A stretch of 63,892 nucleotides of DNA, the filler included, from Octopus bimaculoides (Eukaryota): assembly GCF_001194135.2 (NCBI RefSeq). It is 5 parts of 5 records of this genome, joined end to end, with 100 filler letters (N's around TTAATTAATTAA, not from the genome) between each part and the next. Parts side by side here need not be neighbours in the genome. Positions count along the whole stretch, not along the records: positions 16,551 to 40,992 come from NC_068986.1; 4 more parts are not named here. One strand, given 5' to 3'. The position numbers and the translations under genes were made by a program. The notes under the pieces were generated by a model. The model saw only the letters and a program-made list of their open reading frames with translations. It made no database searches and was not told the DNA's origin. Positions 23,791 to 36,723 of this stretch are shown here, piece after piece; positions within the stretch are counted from its first letter, which is position 1; each line of letters begins with the position of its first letter.

Positions 23791-25131
23791 AACTAGTCGA
23801 AACTGAGAAACAATGTAACCATATTTAATCCCCGGTTCATTTCTTCACCTGATGTTTCTAGAATGTATTTCTAGATACTTTCCAGATTACTGCATCGTCA
23901 GTATTTTAGCATGTTACATTTGTTCATAATCTATGATTTTAAAACAGGATTCATTGTCAGAATTCTAAAGAAACAATCGATTTGGACACAAGGAAATACA
24001 ATCGTAGGATTAAGATATCCAGCTAAATTCCAGCCAACCGAATTATTTCCACATAATTTTTCTCTTACGATTGATAAGTCAGTAAACTATTTCGTTGAAT
24101 TTTATCTGCTTAAGGCGATCAGTTGTTTTATCTTCGTAGATATTCCTAAAGATATTGCGGTTGCTGTTTAGAAGAATGGCACCAAGGCAATTCTTTTAAG
24201 AATACATCACAAAACAAAGTATGCAACGGTAGAAGTAATTACTTTAACGTCGTTATTCGTGATAGTAAAAGATCAATAAATGATATATTGGCACTAATTA
24301 TCACATCTAGGCAATTACTGACGGATCTCGTCGTCAAAGAAGAAAAGAAAGTAACGTTAAAAAGAATAGGAACGGGAAATTAACGAGAGAAAGCAGAAAC
24401 GAATCCAACAGAAAAAACAAATTAACAGTAGCTTAGAAGTATTTTAGTTTTAATTGGTTGGTTGATCGATGGCGCTTAGTCAGTCTGCTCTTGGTCTGGT
24501 TATACACAACGGTGAGCTATCCTGGATGCTTAGCAAGATAAGAAAAATCATTAATCAACTAATTCATTCCATCAAGTCAAACTGCCATGACTTCTAAAGC
24601 CTCCATCATTTTGAAAGCAATGCACTTTCTTTCCATCGTAATATAGAAGTTTCCGTTTCAGTGACTGAAAGAGTTTGGCTATCAAAATGGTTGCCTGTCT
24701 AACTAAAGGCTATAAGGGTCAACATTAACCTGGAGGGATTATTTCCTGAATAAAAAAATGTATTTTTGCTTTCAGCAATATCAGCAGTTAGCAAAATAAA
24801 ATATACTGATTGAAATATTAGAAAAACAGACTGAATTTCGGTTTCACTTCACTTACATAACTAATTTCTTTGAAAAAATAATAAATTTCTCTATTTTTAA
24901 TCTACAATTTTATGGCGTTAATAAGGCTAATCACCCATTGATAGTTGCTGATAATTGTAAAATATCGAGAAGCAGAAAATGTAACATTGATTTTTGGTTT
25001 TATATCCTTTCTATTTGATAAATAAGAAATGTATTGATAGCATTTTCTATCATTCTCGAAGTTCTGTATGAGCCAACATGACTACTTGACTTATCAGAAA
25101 TAGCAGCGAAATTTCCCATCAGAGGTCTCCC

Positions 25132-25166
<35 letters not shown>

Positions 25167-25218
25167 CTTCTTCTTCTTCTTCTTCTTCTTCTTCTTCTTC
25201 TTCTTCTTCTTCTTCTTC

Positions 25219-25320
25219 TCATGTCGTCTTTTGTAATCGCGTTGTACCAATTTCGGGCATTCGCTAACGATGCGCCTTACCGTTTTATCCTTCTCACCAC
25301 ACATTCTGCATTTGTCTAGG
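25219..25320 (-). mobile_element. R4-like retrotransposon CCHC zinc-knuckle fragment
   Basis: DKCRMCGEKDKTVRRIVSECPKLVQRDYKRRH, running into (AAG)n(AAC)n. Confidence 0.8.
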
Positions 25321-25329
25321 GAGGAGAAC

Positions 25330-25750
25330 TGGCGGAATGGTTAGTAAACAGGACAAAAGGGTTAGTACACCGGACTTAGTGGCATTTTGTCTTTTTGGAG
25401 CACAAATTCCGCTGAAGTCGACTTTGTCTTTTAACCTTTCGGAGTCGATAAAAATTGACAGTTAAGCACTGGGGTCGATGTAATCGATTAGCCCCCTCCC
25501 CCAAAATTTCAGGCCATCTGCCTATAATAGAAAGAATTATTAAGGCAGCGCCCTGGCCGAATCGACAGCACGCCGAAAAAATATGTTTCGTTTGTCTTTA
25601 TGTTCTGAGTTCAAATTCTGCTGAGGTCCACTACGCCTTTCATCTTTCAACAAAAAAAAGAAAGTAATTGTTGATCTATGGGAGTCGATGTAATCTACAA
25701 ACCCTCGCTCCAAAATTTCAGGTCTTATACCTATAGTAGAAATAATTATT
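25330..25750 (+). mobile_element. Two tandem decayed SINE family B copies
   Basis: Each has TTCAAATTC.GC.GA.GTC and GGGGTCGATGTAATC...CCCAAAATTTCAGG. Confidence 0.7.
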
Positions 25751-26556
25751 AATATCATCCTCAACATATTTTAGTTTTTGTTTTCCTGTAAAAGGGGTAA
25801 AGAAAAAAAGAGAAATTAGTTTATATTTCATCTTTGAATTCTTTAGTAAGAAAAGTATTTTTAAAAATTAAAGTAGATTTTTTCCACTTCAAGAACATTT
25901 AATAAATCAAGCGCATGATAAGTAAGGTGTTTCAATACACTTAACAACAAATAAATCGAAGTAGCTTCCGAACGCCTGATTCATATTGTATTCTGAAACA
26001 TGAAAGCGCAACATAAGAAAACATTAACACTGGTCTCTTTTGTAAAAAAAATATTTCTTTGTGTTTCCTGATTCATCTCCAAACTTTTCACTTGAGTAAT
26101 AACATTATATTCTTATCATCTCGTCTATTAACCACGTGTGTATAGCACAAACAAAATTGAAATAGATATTGATCTCTCGAATGACTCTAAAGTAACATAG
26201 TATAGCAAGTATATGTTAATGGATAGAAAGGTACAAATGGAAGACTGGCAGACATTAATACACAAGCACAGGTGTCTTATGATGAACGGCATTATAATTA
26301 AATACATAAAAGTGTAGGGGAAATGTATTTGCTTAATTCTAAAAAAAAATTCTTGAAAAATCAGTTGACATCTTGCATTTTTATCTTTTTTCACATCTTC
26401 GCACACACACAGACGCAGACAGACGCAGACACATACGCACACACGCACGTACACCCCCCCTACACACACACACATTCTTATTTTATCTTGCCGCCAGTTG
26501 TTCAGACAGGTCAAGCTATGGATGTATGTATATGTATGTATATGTATGTATGTATA

Positions 26557-26642
<86 letters not shown>

Positions 26643-26697
26643 TGTATGTGTGCGTGTGCGTGTGCGTGTGTGTGTGTGCGCGTGCATATAAATTATG

Positions 26698-26954
26698 AAA
26701 GGTCTTTCCCGAGCCATAGGCTCATAAGGCCGGTTTCCTGCATTCTGTGACGTATATACTTCATGTCCAACCCCGGACGGGACGTCGTTCCGTCTCTGGA
26801 TTATTCATTTTTGCCACCTGAGCGGACAGGTGGAACGTGAAAGGAAGTGTTTTGCTCAAGGACCAAATGTATCGCACGGGTCAGGGATCGAAACCACACT
26901 CTTACGATCATGAGTGCAACACCAAAACCATCACAAAGTCACGCGCCTCCACAT
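26698..26954 (-). mobile_element. SINE family D (tRNA head, CORE-like TTGAGCAAAACACTT, V-domain-like segment)
   Basis: Minus strand starts ATGTGGAGGCGCGTGAC...GGTTTCGATCCC (B box) and includes GACGTCCCGTCCGGGG. Decayed relatives at about 48530-48660 and 49590-49700. Confidence 0.75.
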
Positions 26955-28129
26955 GCACACACACATACACACACACGCACACACAGACACACACGTACAC
27001 ACACACATACACACATGTATATATAAATAGGTAAATAAATATATGCATACGCATACACACCCACATATATATGAATGAATACATCTGGATGCATATGTAC
27101 GTACGATATTTAGATAAACAGATATATGTGTATTTTGTATACTTTTTCTGATAGCTTTAATGATTATTTTGAATAATCGCCTGCACTGTAGCAAGGTCGT
27201 AAATAAAATATATAATAGAAAATGCTGTTCTTTTTTGTAATCATTAAACTCTTCAATTCTCAGAAGATTTTACTTATTTTATTGTCACAGTTATGAAGAT
27301 CATCTGTTGTGCATGAATTACAGAGCTATGTTCTTCATCCAAAACTATAAGTACTGCTATACTTTGATTCAAGAAAGTCAATATATATCTTGTTGTTCCA
27401 ATAACATTGTGTGATTTTGGTACCAGATTTGTAAATTTCCTATCAACCATTTTTGTACGATTCAGATATATGGGCATTGTTTGCTTGTTAATGTTATGTT
27501 TGATTGACAAATCCTCTGGTTTACTGTTTCAATTTCATGTCAACTCTCAACTCCTAGATTAAATATAGAATTACTCTATGCTTTTTTTTTTAATCCACTA
27601 GGAGTTAGTAAACAAAAGTGAATTCCAGACGTTCATGATACCGCTTTCTATCAAATGCATCTTGGATATTTTCTGTCAAAGTGAAAATTATCAAATTTGG
27701 TATATTAATGTAATTTCTCACGATGAATCTCATGTTGTTATTCACTTGTACTTGAAACCTTTTAGAAAAATTTTACAGAGGTTTAAAGCTTGATACGTTT
27801 TATCCAATCAAGAAACAGGATTTGGAAGCTGGGATTTTGTGTGTGATAACTGTCTAGCATAATAGTACGACGACAAACTCTTATTAAATAGAATAAAAGC
27901 AATATATTACCACGAGGGAAAGTTGTAAGAAGTTTTGAAATTTTGATAAGTGTAAATGAATACAGTCATGTGAAACGTTGGATCAGGCAATATAAAAAGG
28001 AAAAATTCCCTATGAAACTTTTTCCGAAAAATTACAAAAAGAAAAAACAAACTGTACGTTAAATTAAGAAACCCCACTTCCCACAAACTTACGTTATAAA
28101 CTGTACTTTATACTACTGTAGTTCAGTTC

Positions 28130-28960
28130 ATATAAACAATGAACACATTTTTTGTAGGGGAAATTCGAAAAACGAAAGTTTACGATACACTCTAGATTAT
28201 GCGAGTCAATCATAGAACGGTGGTTGCCTGAGCCTCGTTTATTCGCTGGTTTTACACAGGCTCATGTGCTGTTTTCTACTTGTTACGAGTGGGTACATCT
28301 TTCGAATTAATAAACACTGTTCTATGCCGAAAATTATAACCATCAATTTCAGAAATGTGAGAGCAGGCCTTCCACAAGTCACTAAAGATTGTAGTTCCTG
28401 GAAGAATCGACTGACGTATACATTCCTCTAATGTATCACGATTCCAACATGACACCGCATAAAGAAAAATATGTCTGATATTGTGACACACTCCTCTGAA
28501 AACTCACTGTTCAGGTAGCATCCTTCCTCGGTGGTATTTATATCATGAGAAGACTGTTTCTTATTTCTTTATTGCCCACAAGGGGCTAAACATAGAGGGG
28601 ACAAACAAGGACAGACAAAGGGATTAAGTCGATTACATCGGCCCCAGTGCGTAACTGGTACTTAATTTATCGACTCCGAAAGGATGAAAGGCAAAGTCGA
28701 CCTCGGCGGAATTTGAACCCAGAATGTAACGGCAGACGAAATACCGCTAAACATTTCGCCCGGTGTGCTAACGTTTCTGCCAGCTCGCCACCGTAATGAG
28801 AAGACTGTTTCGTCTATCTTAATCTTTCAAGCAGGACGTCCGCACGTATTTCACGAGTATAGCGGTTGCAATCAACAACCGTCCAGTAGCTCATCTACAG
28901 TTCTTCAACACAAAACTACAAACAGACATTCAGAAAATAGGCACTTGTCTAAGAAGATAG
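28130..28960 (-). mobile_element. Merlin DDE transposase relic interrupted by a SINE
   Basis: KIDETVFS | YKYHRGRMLPEQ*VFRGVC...RDTLEECIRQSILPGTTIFSDLWKA... Confidence 0.85.
28561..28795 (-). mobile_element. Young SINE family B copy with 16-bp TSD
   Basis: TSD ATGAGAAGACTGTTTC at 28545-28560 and 28796-28811; near-identical to 60101-60318. Confidence 0.95.
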
Positions 28961-29924
28961 ACACGTAGAGACAATACACGTGGTTGTAGTAGTTTAAGCA
29001 GACTTTGTGGCATGTTACAATGGAAAGCGGCACCAATGTGTCTATGGTTTGCGATTGTCTAACATTACCCAAAATTATTTGTAAACTTTAAAAGCTATCA
29101 ACTTTTTATCTATTAATTTATGGCAAAAATGAATTTGATTTTCATTAGCATACAAAACCACATCAGTTCACCAAATTTGAAAACGATTGAAACAAAATTT
29201 AAAAAAATTAAAAACTGTGATAGCAACAGAAAAGATCCTGTATTTTTCCGATATTTATTTCAGCATATTTTCTGCAAGGAGCCAGCTGACTTCGACAGCA
29301 GAACATAATTTCATTTTGTACTCTTAAGAATATCAGTTCTATTGCATTTTAAACTGATTTTCAAAAATTTTCAACAATATTCAACTATGCACAGACATAT
29401 CAAAAGTAATTAAACTCTCTCATCATTCATATATGTATATATATATATATATATATNNNNNNNNNNNNNNNNNNNNNNNNNNNNNNNNNNNNNNNNNNNN
29501 NNNNNNNNNNNNNNNNNNNNNNNNNNNNNNNNNNNNNNNNNNNNNNNNNNNNNNNNNNNNNNNNNNNNNNNNNNNNNNNNNNNNNNNNNNNNNNNNNNNN
29601 NNNNNNNNNNNNNNNNNNNNNNNNNNNNNNNNNNNNNNNNNNNNNNNNNNNNNNNNNNNNNNNNNNNNNNNNNNNNNNNNNNNNNNNNNNNNNNNNNNNN
29701 NNNNNNNNNNNNNNNNNNNNNNNNNNNNNNNNNNNNNNNNNNNNNNNNNNNNNNNNNNNNNNNNNNNNNNNNNNNNNNNNNNNNNNNNNNNNNNNNNNNN
29801 NNNNNNNNNNNNNNNNNNNNNNNNNNNNNNNNNNNNNNNNNNNNNNNNNNNNNNNNNNNNNNNNNNNNNNNNNNNNNNNNNNNNNNNNNNNNNNNNATAT
29901 ATATGCATGTGTTTGTGCGTCTGT

Positions 29925-30085
29925 GTTTGTGCCTCTGTGTTTGTACCCCTGACAGCGCCTGACAACCGGTTCGACAAAAGAAACCGATAGAATAAGTACT
30001 AGGCTTACAAAGATTTGCTCGATTAAAGGTGGTGCTCCAGTGTGGCTGCAGTCAAATGACTGAAACAAAGAAAAGAATAAAAGAA
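29925..30085 (+). mobile_element. SINE family A tail
   Basis: GATAGAATAAGTACTAGGCTTACAAAG...GGTGCTCCAG...GACTGAAAC. Confidence 0.85.
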
Positions 30086-30949
30086 TTATATATATATATA
30101 TTTACACACATGTATACATAGATATCTACATACACAAATATGTATGTTCGTACATATAATGATGGGTGTCTATTTACTTTTAAGATGTTTGTGTATATAC
30201 TTTTGTGTCATCGAACTCGAGGTGTTACTCTTTATTGGTTCTGTTTTTAAAATTTGTAATTTTGATTTCAGATTGTTCTGACAATCACATCATGATACAT
30301 GAGAAGGCAATTTCACGAAGATATCTCACAGGTGACAATGATGGGGCTAATGCCTTCAGTTTTAGTTTTGCTTTTCGTATATCTCTTGTCAGCTGATGCC
30401 TTTTATACATATACATGTGTGTGGATGTTCTTTTCAAATTTTAAAGTATTTGAACTCTTCCTCTGAGGAAAGAGCTGGTTTCTAACGAAAATACAAAGCT
30501 CCATCGTGGGAATGTAGATAAATGCAAATTCTCATTTTAAACTTGAGAAAATTCTCGCATACTTTTACTCTTCCGATTACAGATTGTATTTTTAATGTGC
30601 GTGTTAACTGGTTGATTCTTTACCTGAAACCCTCAGCTTATCCAAATTGTCACTTAGGCATTAACTCACAAAACCAAGTGCACCGAATATTATTGGTATA
30701 ATTGTGAATTTATGATATGGGTATAGAAGCTGGAGATTTGAAAGCAGTTGTCCGAAGTTATTTTCTTTCTCTTAGATTTTGGAAACACATCAGCAGCGCA
30801 GCAAAATCAGGCTGTTAGAAATTTTGATAGGAAAGTTCCACCAATATTCCTTGTGTTGATGATTATATATGTATCTATTCAATAACAGGGGGGGGGGTCT
30901 CTATATTTATTCCAGAACAGTCTTTTTTTTTTCGGATGGTATTGTATAT

Positions 30950-31090
30950 TATTTTAACGTGTTTCATAGGGTGGCAGTATACCTTGATGACATTTTTGGG
31001 CAGCTGCCGAACACATGTAGCATGTCTTCCACAGAAATGTGACATAATCTACATTTTCAGTTGCATCTTGGGATTTCAAGGTCTTCATTG
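30950..31090 (-). mobile_element. R4-like zinc-knuckle fragment
   Basis: KCRLCHISVEDMLHVFGSCPKMSSRY. Confidence 0.75.
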
Positions 31091-31285
31091 TCTCTTTGTG
31101 TGTATTTTCCTCTTTCTGTCGCTCTATATGTATGTTATCAATCAGTTTCATTTCTGTATTTCTTGTCCATAGAGAAAGAGCCGGATTCTAACATAGATTC
31201 AAGGCTCCTTCATTGGAACTTTTATCAACATCATCTAGGTATTTGTGCATATGTGTGTGTGTGTGCTGTATTTGGNNNNNNNNNN

Positions 31286-31612
31286 GAATCTGTAGTCTTC
31301 TAATCAGCCTTTTTCTTTCAGGTTTTGAGAACCCTAATTTTTCCAGGTTTTTGTTGAGGCAGTTCGTTACATATCCCAATGCCCCAACAATCATGGGTAT
31401 GAATCTGAACTTGTAGTCTGGGTAGAGTATCTTCAAATTTCTCAGTAGCTCGGCGTAGTTGTTCTCCTTTTCTCTAATCTTTAGCGTGATGTTGACATCC
31501 GCAGGACAGCTGATTTCTACTACTGTACACAGTTTCTCTTCTCTGTCCCAGATTACTATATCCGGTCTATTATGTCTGCACTTAATTGAGGTTTTTATTG
31601 GGACATTCCACC
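31286..31612 (-). mobile_element. R4-like non-LTR retrotransposon restriction-like endonuclease domain, open frame
   Basis: WNVPIKTSIKCRHNRPDIVIWDREEKLCTVVEISCPADVNITLKIREKENNYAELLRNLKILYPDYKFRFIPMIVGALGYV... has the PD..E..K motif and no stop before the gap. Confidence 0.9.
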
Positions 31613-31856
31613 AATGTATGTATGTATGTATGTATGTATGTATGTATGTATGTATGTATGTATGTATGTATGTTGATGTTTATCTTTAGGTTCATTTTGA
31701 ACGAAATAGGTAATGGTGTTTCAGCCGTGACTAAATCTTACCGTATACTTAGGACTACAATGTGTTGTTTTCTTTAAGTCGCTAGGGTGTGAATTGAAGG
31801 AGTGTGTGAGTGCTATTTCAAGCAGGTTGAGCGAGCGCGAGCAAACTCACTAAATA

Positions 31857-31912
<56 letters not shown>

Positions 31913-32139
31913 ATGCATATATGGATATTTGTATGAATGTATGTACAGATGTATGAAATAAGTATATATGTTGGATGGTCTTCCATTAATACAAGGACAA
32001 ACCGCTTGACTCAAAGCATTGGATAAAAAAAGACCAACGTATGTGATTATCGATTTATCTTTATAACAACGGCAAACGATTTGATTGAGTCATTAAGAAA
32101 AGTTTATACAGTGCTTTTTATGTACACTAGTCTCCATCG

Positions 32140-32523
32140 GCAGATCAAAGCCTTATGAGTGGATTTGGTAGACGGAAATTGAAAGANNNNNNNNNNNNNN
32201 NNNNNNNNNNNNNNNNNNNNNNNNNNNNNNNNNNNNNNNNNNNNNNNNNNNNNNNNNNNNNNNNNNNNNNNNNNNNNNNNNNNNNNNNNNNNNNNNNNNN
32301 NNNNNNNNNNNNNNNNNNNNNNNNNNNNNNNNNNNNNNNNNNNNNNNNNNNNNNNNNNNNNNNNNNNNNNNNNNNNNNNNNNNNNNNNNNNNNNNNNNNN
32401 NNNNNNNNNNNNNNNNNNNNNNNNNNNNNNNNNNNNNNNNNNNNNNNNNNNNNNNNNNNNNNNNNNNNNNNNNNNNNNNNNNNNNNNNNNNNNNNNNNNN
32501 NNNNCCTCGTTCAGATATTTAAC

Positions 32524-32606
<83 letters not shown>

Positions 32607-32855
32607 TTTACATACATTCACACACACACACACACACACACATATCTGTGTGTCTGTGTTTGTCCTCCCTATCACAGCTTGACAACCGGTGCTAGTGTGT
32701 TTACATCCCCGTAACATAGTGGTTCGGCTTAAGAGACCGATAGAATAAGTACTAGGCTTAAAAATAGTCCTGGGGTCGATTTGCTTGACTAATAGTCTTG
32801 AAGGTGGCGCTTCAGCATGACCGCAATTAAGTGACTGAAACAAATAAAAGAAATA
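32140..32855 (+). mobile_element. SINE family A spanning a gap (mid-section 32140-32185, tail 32645-32855)
   Basis: AGCCTTATGAGTGGATTTGGTAGACGGAA before the gap and the family tail after the microsatellite. Confidence 0.75.
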
Positions 32856-33891
32856 TGAGAAAGGCTCCATTTGGTGCAATCCTGGATTTTCTAGGGTGTA
32901 TCTGTAGAAAATGTACTGAATATGGTACATTGAATTTTTTTTTCTTTCGTCATTTGGAGTAATCCTAACGTATGAAAACTACTGAAACTACATGCAACAA
33001 CCTCTAGCTAATGACAGGACCTCTACTCACTCGCTAAAACTACTACAAGTAACTGTTAAATCTCCCTCAAATCGCAGTGTTGTTTTACTAAGAAGAAAAG
33101 GCTTCTAGGCTAATGAAGTTCTATATACAATATATCCCGCAGCTTTACAAAAGGGAAGAAAGCTAGGACTGGCAAGGTTAGAATGTCTTTGATTATAGGT
33201 ATTTTTGATTAGGGCTGACCTGACACTGAACAACAGTTTGCGACCACCATTTTATTAGTGTTAAAGAAAAATACAAAAACCTAAATATTCAATAAGCGTT
33301 TCTTCCTGCCTGCCATCATCCTTAAGGAAACTTTAGTTATATTATATTACACGATTTGTTGTGGGGCTCATTTTCTGTGTACTTTAATTAATGCCAAACA
33401 CTGTAAGACATGATCCCCCAACTACACACTACAAACAATGATACCACGAGCCAACGATGCTTATAGCTATTGTCAATAATGAATATCAAGCAGGACAACC
33501 TTCAAATGGAAGTCATAGTTTTTTTAATAGAAAATCAGTTTATGATTGTGTCCAGAATTACAATTTCCTTATTTAAGATAGTAGAGATAGACGTGAGGGA
33601 CATCTGTTCGCTATTTCTAGCAGATCGAGCGAATACATAGAGCTTGAAATGCATTCATCAGTCCACAGGTGAGACTCAGAAATAACTATTTTAACACTTG
33701 TTGCTTAAAGCTGGAATTTTCTCCACGGTAAACCACAGTGAAAATGGCCTTTTATAGGCCAAATATGTCCCAAACATATTTGAACTGATCTAAAAGCTAC
33801 TTATTTCACAATACTGCTTCGGACGCCTTCTTTATAAAATTATAGCAACATTCTCATTTGTATAACAAGGCAATCATTATATCCAACTTAA

Positions 33892-34103
33892 AGGTGGCGA
33901 GCTGGCAGAATCATTAGCACGCCGGGCGAAATGCTTCGTAGTATTTCGTCCGTCTTTACGTTCTGAGTTCAAATTCCGCCGAGGTCGACTTTGCCTTTCA
34001 TTCTTTCGGGGTCGATAAAATAACTGCCAGTTGAATATTGGGGTCGATGTAATCGACTATACCACTTCCCCAAATTTTCGGCCTTGTGCCTATAGTAGAA
34101 AGG
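33892..34103 (+). mobile_element. SINE family B with 16-bp TSD (alternative tail)
   Basis: TSD ATTATATCCAACTTAA at 33876-33891 and 34104-34119. Confidence 0.95.
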
Positions 34104-34215
34104 ATTATATCCAACTTAACGTGAATGTCTTGTTAGAACTCCGAATACTGTAGTATTAATATCCAGAGTTCCTCTAATGTAGTCGCATGGTGCATAAAAA
34201 GACGATGAAAATTGC

Positions 34216-34714
34216 CTGTTACGGATGCTGTGACTGCCAGATCATGTGATTTAAGTCTACTAGACTTCCTAAATGGCAGGCGTCCAATCACTGCGTATCA
34301 GTCAAGTCTCGCTGCCACGATATATAGAATTTCAGTGTTTTTTCAGTCACTGATGTCGCAAATAACCAGCAGGCTTAGCAAAAAATAATTATTAGCGACG
34401 GAAGCAGTATTAGTGCTAAAAGGCAATCTCTATATCCGACTTAACGTCGATTTCCTGCAGTATTCGCCTTGAAAGGTCCTCTCATATAGGTGCTTGTTGC
34501 ATAAGCAAACATAAATCGTAGCGGACGAGAACGAGAATCATCTGTTACGGGTGCTGGGATTGCCAGATCACGTGATTTAAATGTACTGGACTTCCTCAGT
34601 GGTAGGCGTCCAGCCAACGCATATCAACAAAATATCGTTTTCCACGATATAGAAAATTTCAGTCACTAATGCTGCAAAGAGCCAACAGGCTTCTTAAAAA
34701 CTATTATTAGCGAC
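34216..34714. repeat. Diverged direct duplication of a ~180-bp non-microsatellite unit (period 326 bp)
   Basis: CTGTTACGG.TGCTG.GA.TGCCAGATCA.GTGATTTAA...ATTATTAGCGAC at 34216-34399 and 34542-34714. Confidence 0.85.
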
Positions 34715-36594
34715 AAATAGAGTTAAGGTCAATGTAAACCGCATGAAACGAATCTTAAGGGCGTTATAGCTAAAACAAAGCTGAGCTAATGATGTTCGCT
34801 ATATCTGCCAGAAATGGTAGCTTAACTACTCTCAAACTATTGTGTATCATCTTAGCAAAGGAAGACATATTCGATAGCATAGTCCCAGACACACTATGTT
34901 TAAAATAAGATGGGATGGTTACAGCTGGAACGCCGTTGACCACGCATCTGTTAAACCAGTGCCCACCTGGAGGACAACAGCAACAATAACAGCAACGTCT
35001 GGTAGCTAGACGAGACATGGCATCATGCTGGTTCTTCACATCAACAAATTCCTTCTATAACAAATAGCGATCAAGATAGCATTTCGAAACATTTGAACGT
35101 TCAAGAGAAGCATGAAGGTTACGACTACAACCTCCTATGTGATCCCTCGAATGAGTAAACAATGTGTTTGATCACGAAATGTCAGGAAAGTGAAAGTATT
35201 TATCCATTTACTTTGTGGAATAAATATTTATCCTTACACACGCGCTCGCGCACACACATACGCACACACACATACACACACACTCTCTCTCATACACACA
35301 TGCACATACATCCATTAGATAAAGCCACAAACTCACACGCATTCACACACATACATGCAATTAGATATATCATACATATATACACATAAACACATACATA
35401 CATACATACATACATACAAATATGCATACATACATATATGCATGCACATAAGTACACGCACACACAGCCACACAGACAGACAGACCACCACCCACACGTC
35501 ATGGATAAGTCGTCGTAAAGAAATATCCTCCCACTCCCATCTCCTTNNNNNNNNNNNNNNNNNNNNNNNNNNNNNNNNNNNNNNNNNNNNNNNNNNNNNN
35601 NNNNNNNNNNNNNNNNNNNNNNNNNNNNNNNNNNNNNNNNNNNNNNNNNNNNNNNNNNNNNNNNNNNNNNNNNNNNNNNNNNNNNNNNNNNNNNNNNNNN
35701 NNNNNNNNNNNNNNNNNNNNNNNNNNNNNNNNNNNNNNNNNNNNNNNNNNNNNNNNNNNNNNNNNNNNNNNNNNNNNNNNNNNNNNNNNNNNNNNNNNNN
35801 NNNNNNNNNNNNNNNNNNNNNNNNNNNNNNNNNNNNNNNNNNNNNNNNNNNNNNNNNNNNNNNNNNNNNNNNNNNNNNNNNNNNNNNNNNNNNNNNNNNN
35901 NNNNNNNNNNNNNNNNNNNNNNNNNNNNNNNNNNNNNNNNNNNNNNNNNNNNNNNTATATATATATATATATATATATGCGTGTGTATGTGTGTGTTTGT
36001 GTATGGAAATCATATACAATTTGTTTTTAATATACATACATGTAGTCACTCTATGAAATAGACGCCAAGGATAAGCCACATGAATTTCAACAGTTTGGAA
36101 TAACGATGAAACCGATTGGCTTCATCTTTCATTAAAATCTCTCCAGTGGATCGCTTACCTCACCTTTCAGCTGCTAGACTTTAGAACCTAACAGCTTTTT
36201 ATAGGAAAAAAATGTTCAAAAAAATAAGTCTGGTAAGTATGACGAAATTCAGAGGATGGAACAAGGTTGATGACCAGGTATTAACAACTAGAATATCAAT
36301 ACAGAGTGATTATGAATACATATGTATAGGAAAGTCACATATAAAATGTTTAATAAATATGCTTTAGTTACGCTTTGAAAAATAAAGTGGCTAGATTACT
36401 GGAGTTTTGGTAGCTTGAAATGAAAATAGAGCCAGTTAATTTAGCCATCCATTAAAGACTCGTCAAGGATGGCTAAATTTGTCTATATAGATATTATATG
36501 GGTGTATGGGTAAGCAGTTCACTTTAAAATTACGTGCTTTCGAGATCAATTCCACAGCGCGCACTACGGACGATTGTCGTCTACTATGCTCCAA

Positions 36595-36653
<59 letters not shown>

Positions 36654-36690
36654 AAACACGCACGCACACATACATACATACATACATACA

Positions 36691-36723
<33 letters not shown>

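Noticed and set aside
23870-23910. Minus-strand CTGACGA...GAAAG motif
   Set aside because: Stem II is out of register and there is no stem I; compatible with chance.
36438-36479. 13-bp perfect inverted repeat with 16-nt loop
   Set aside because: Short, isolated and without supporting context; noted only.
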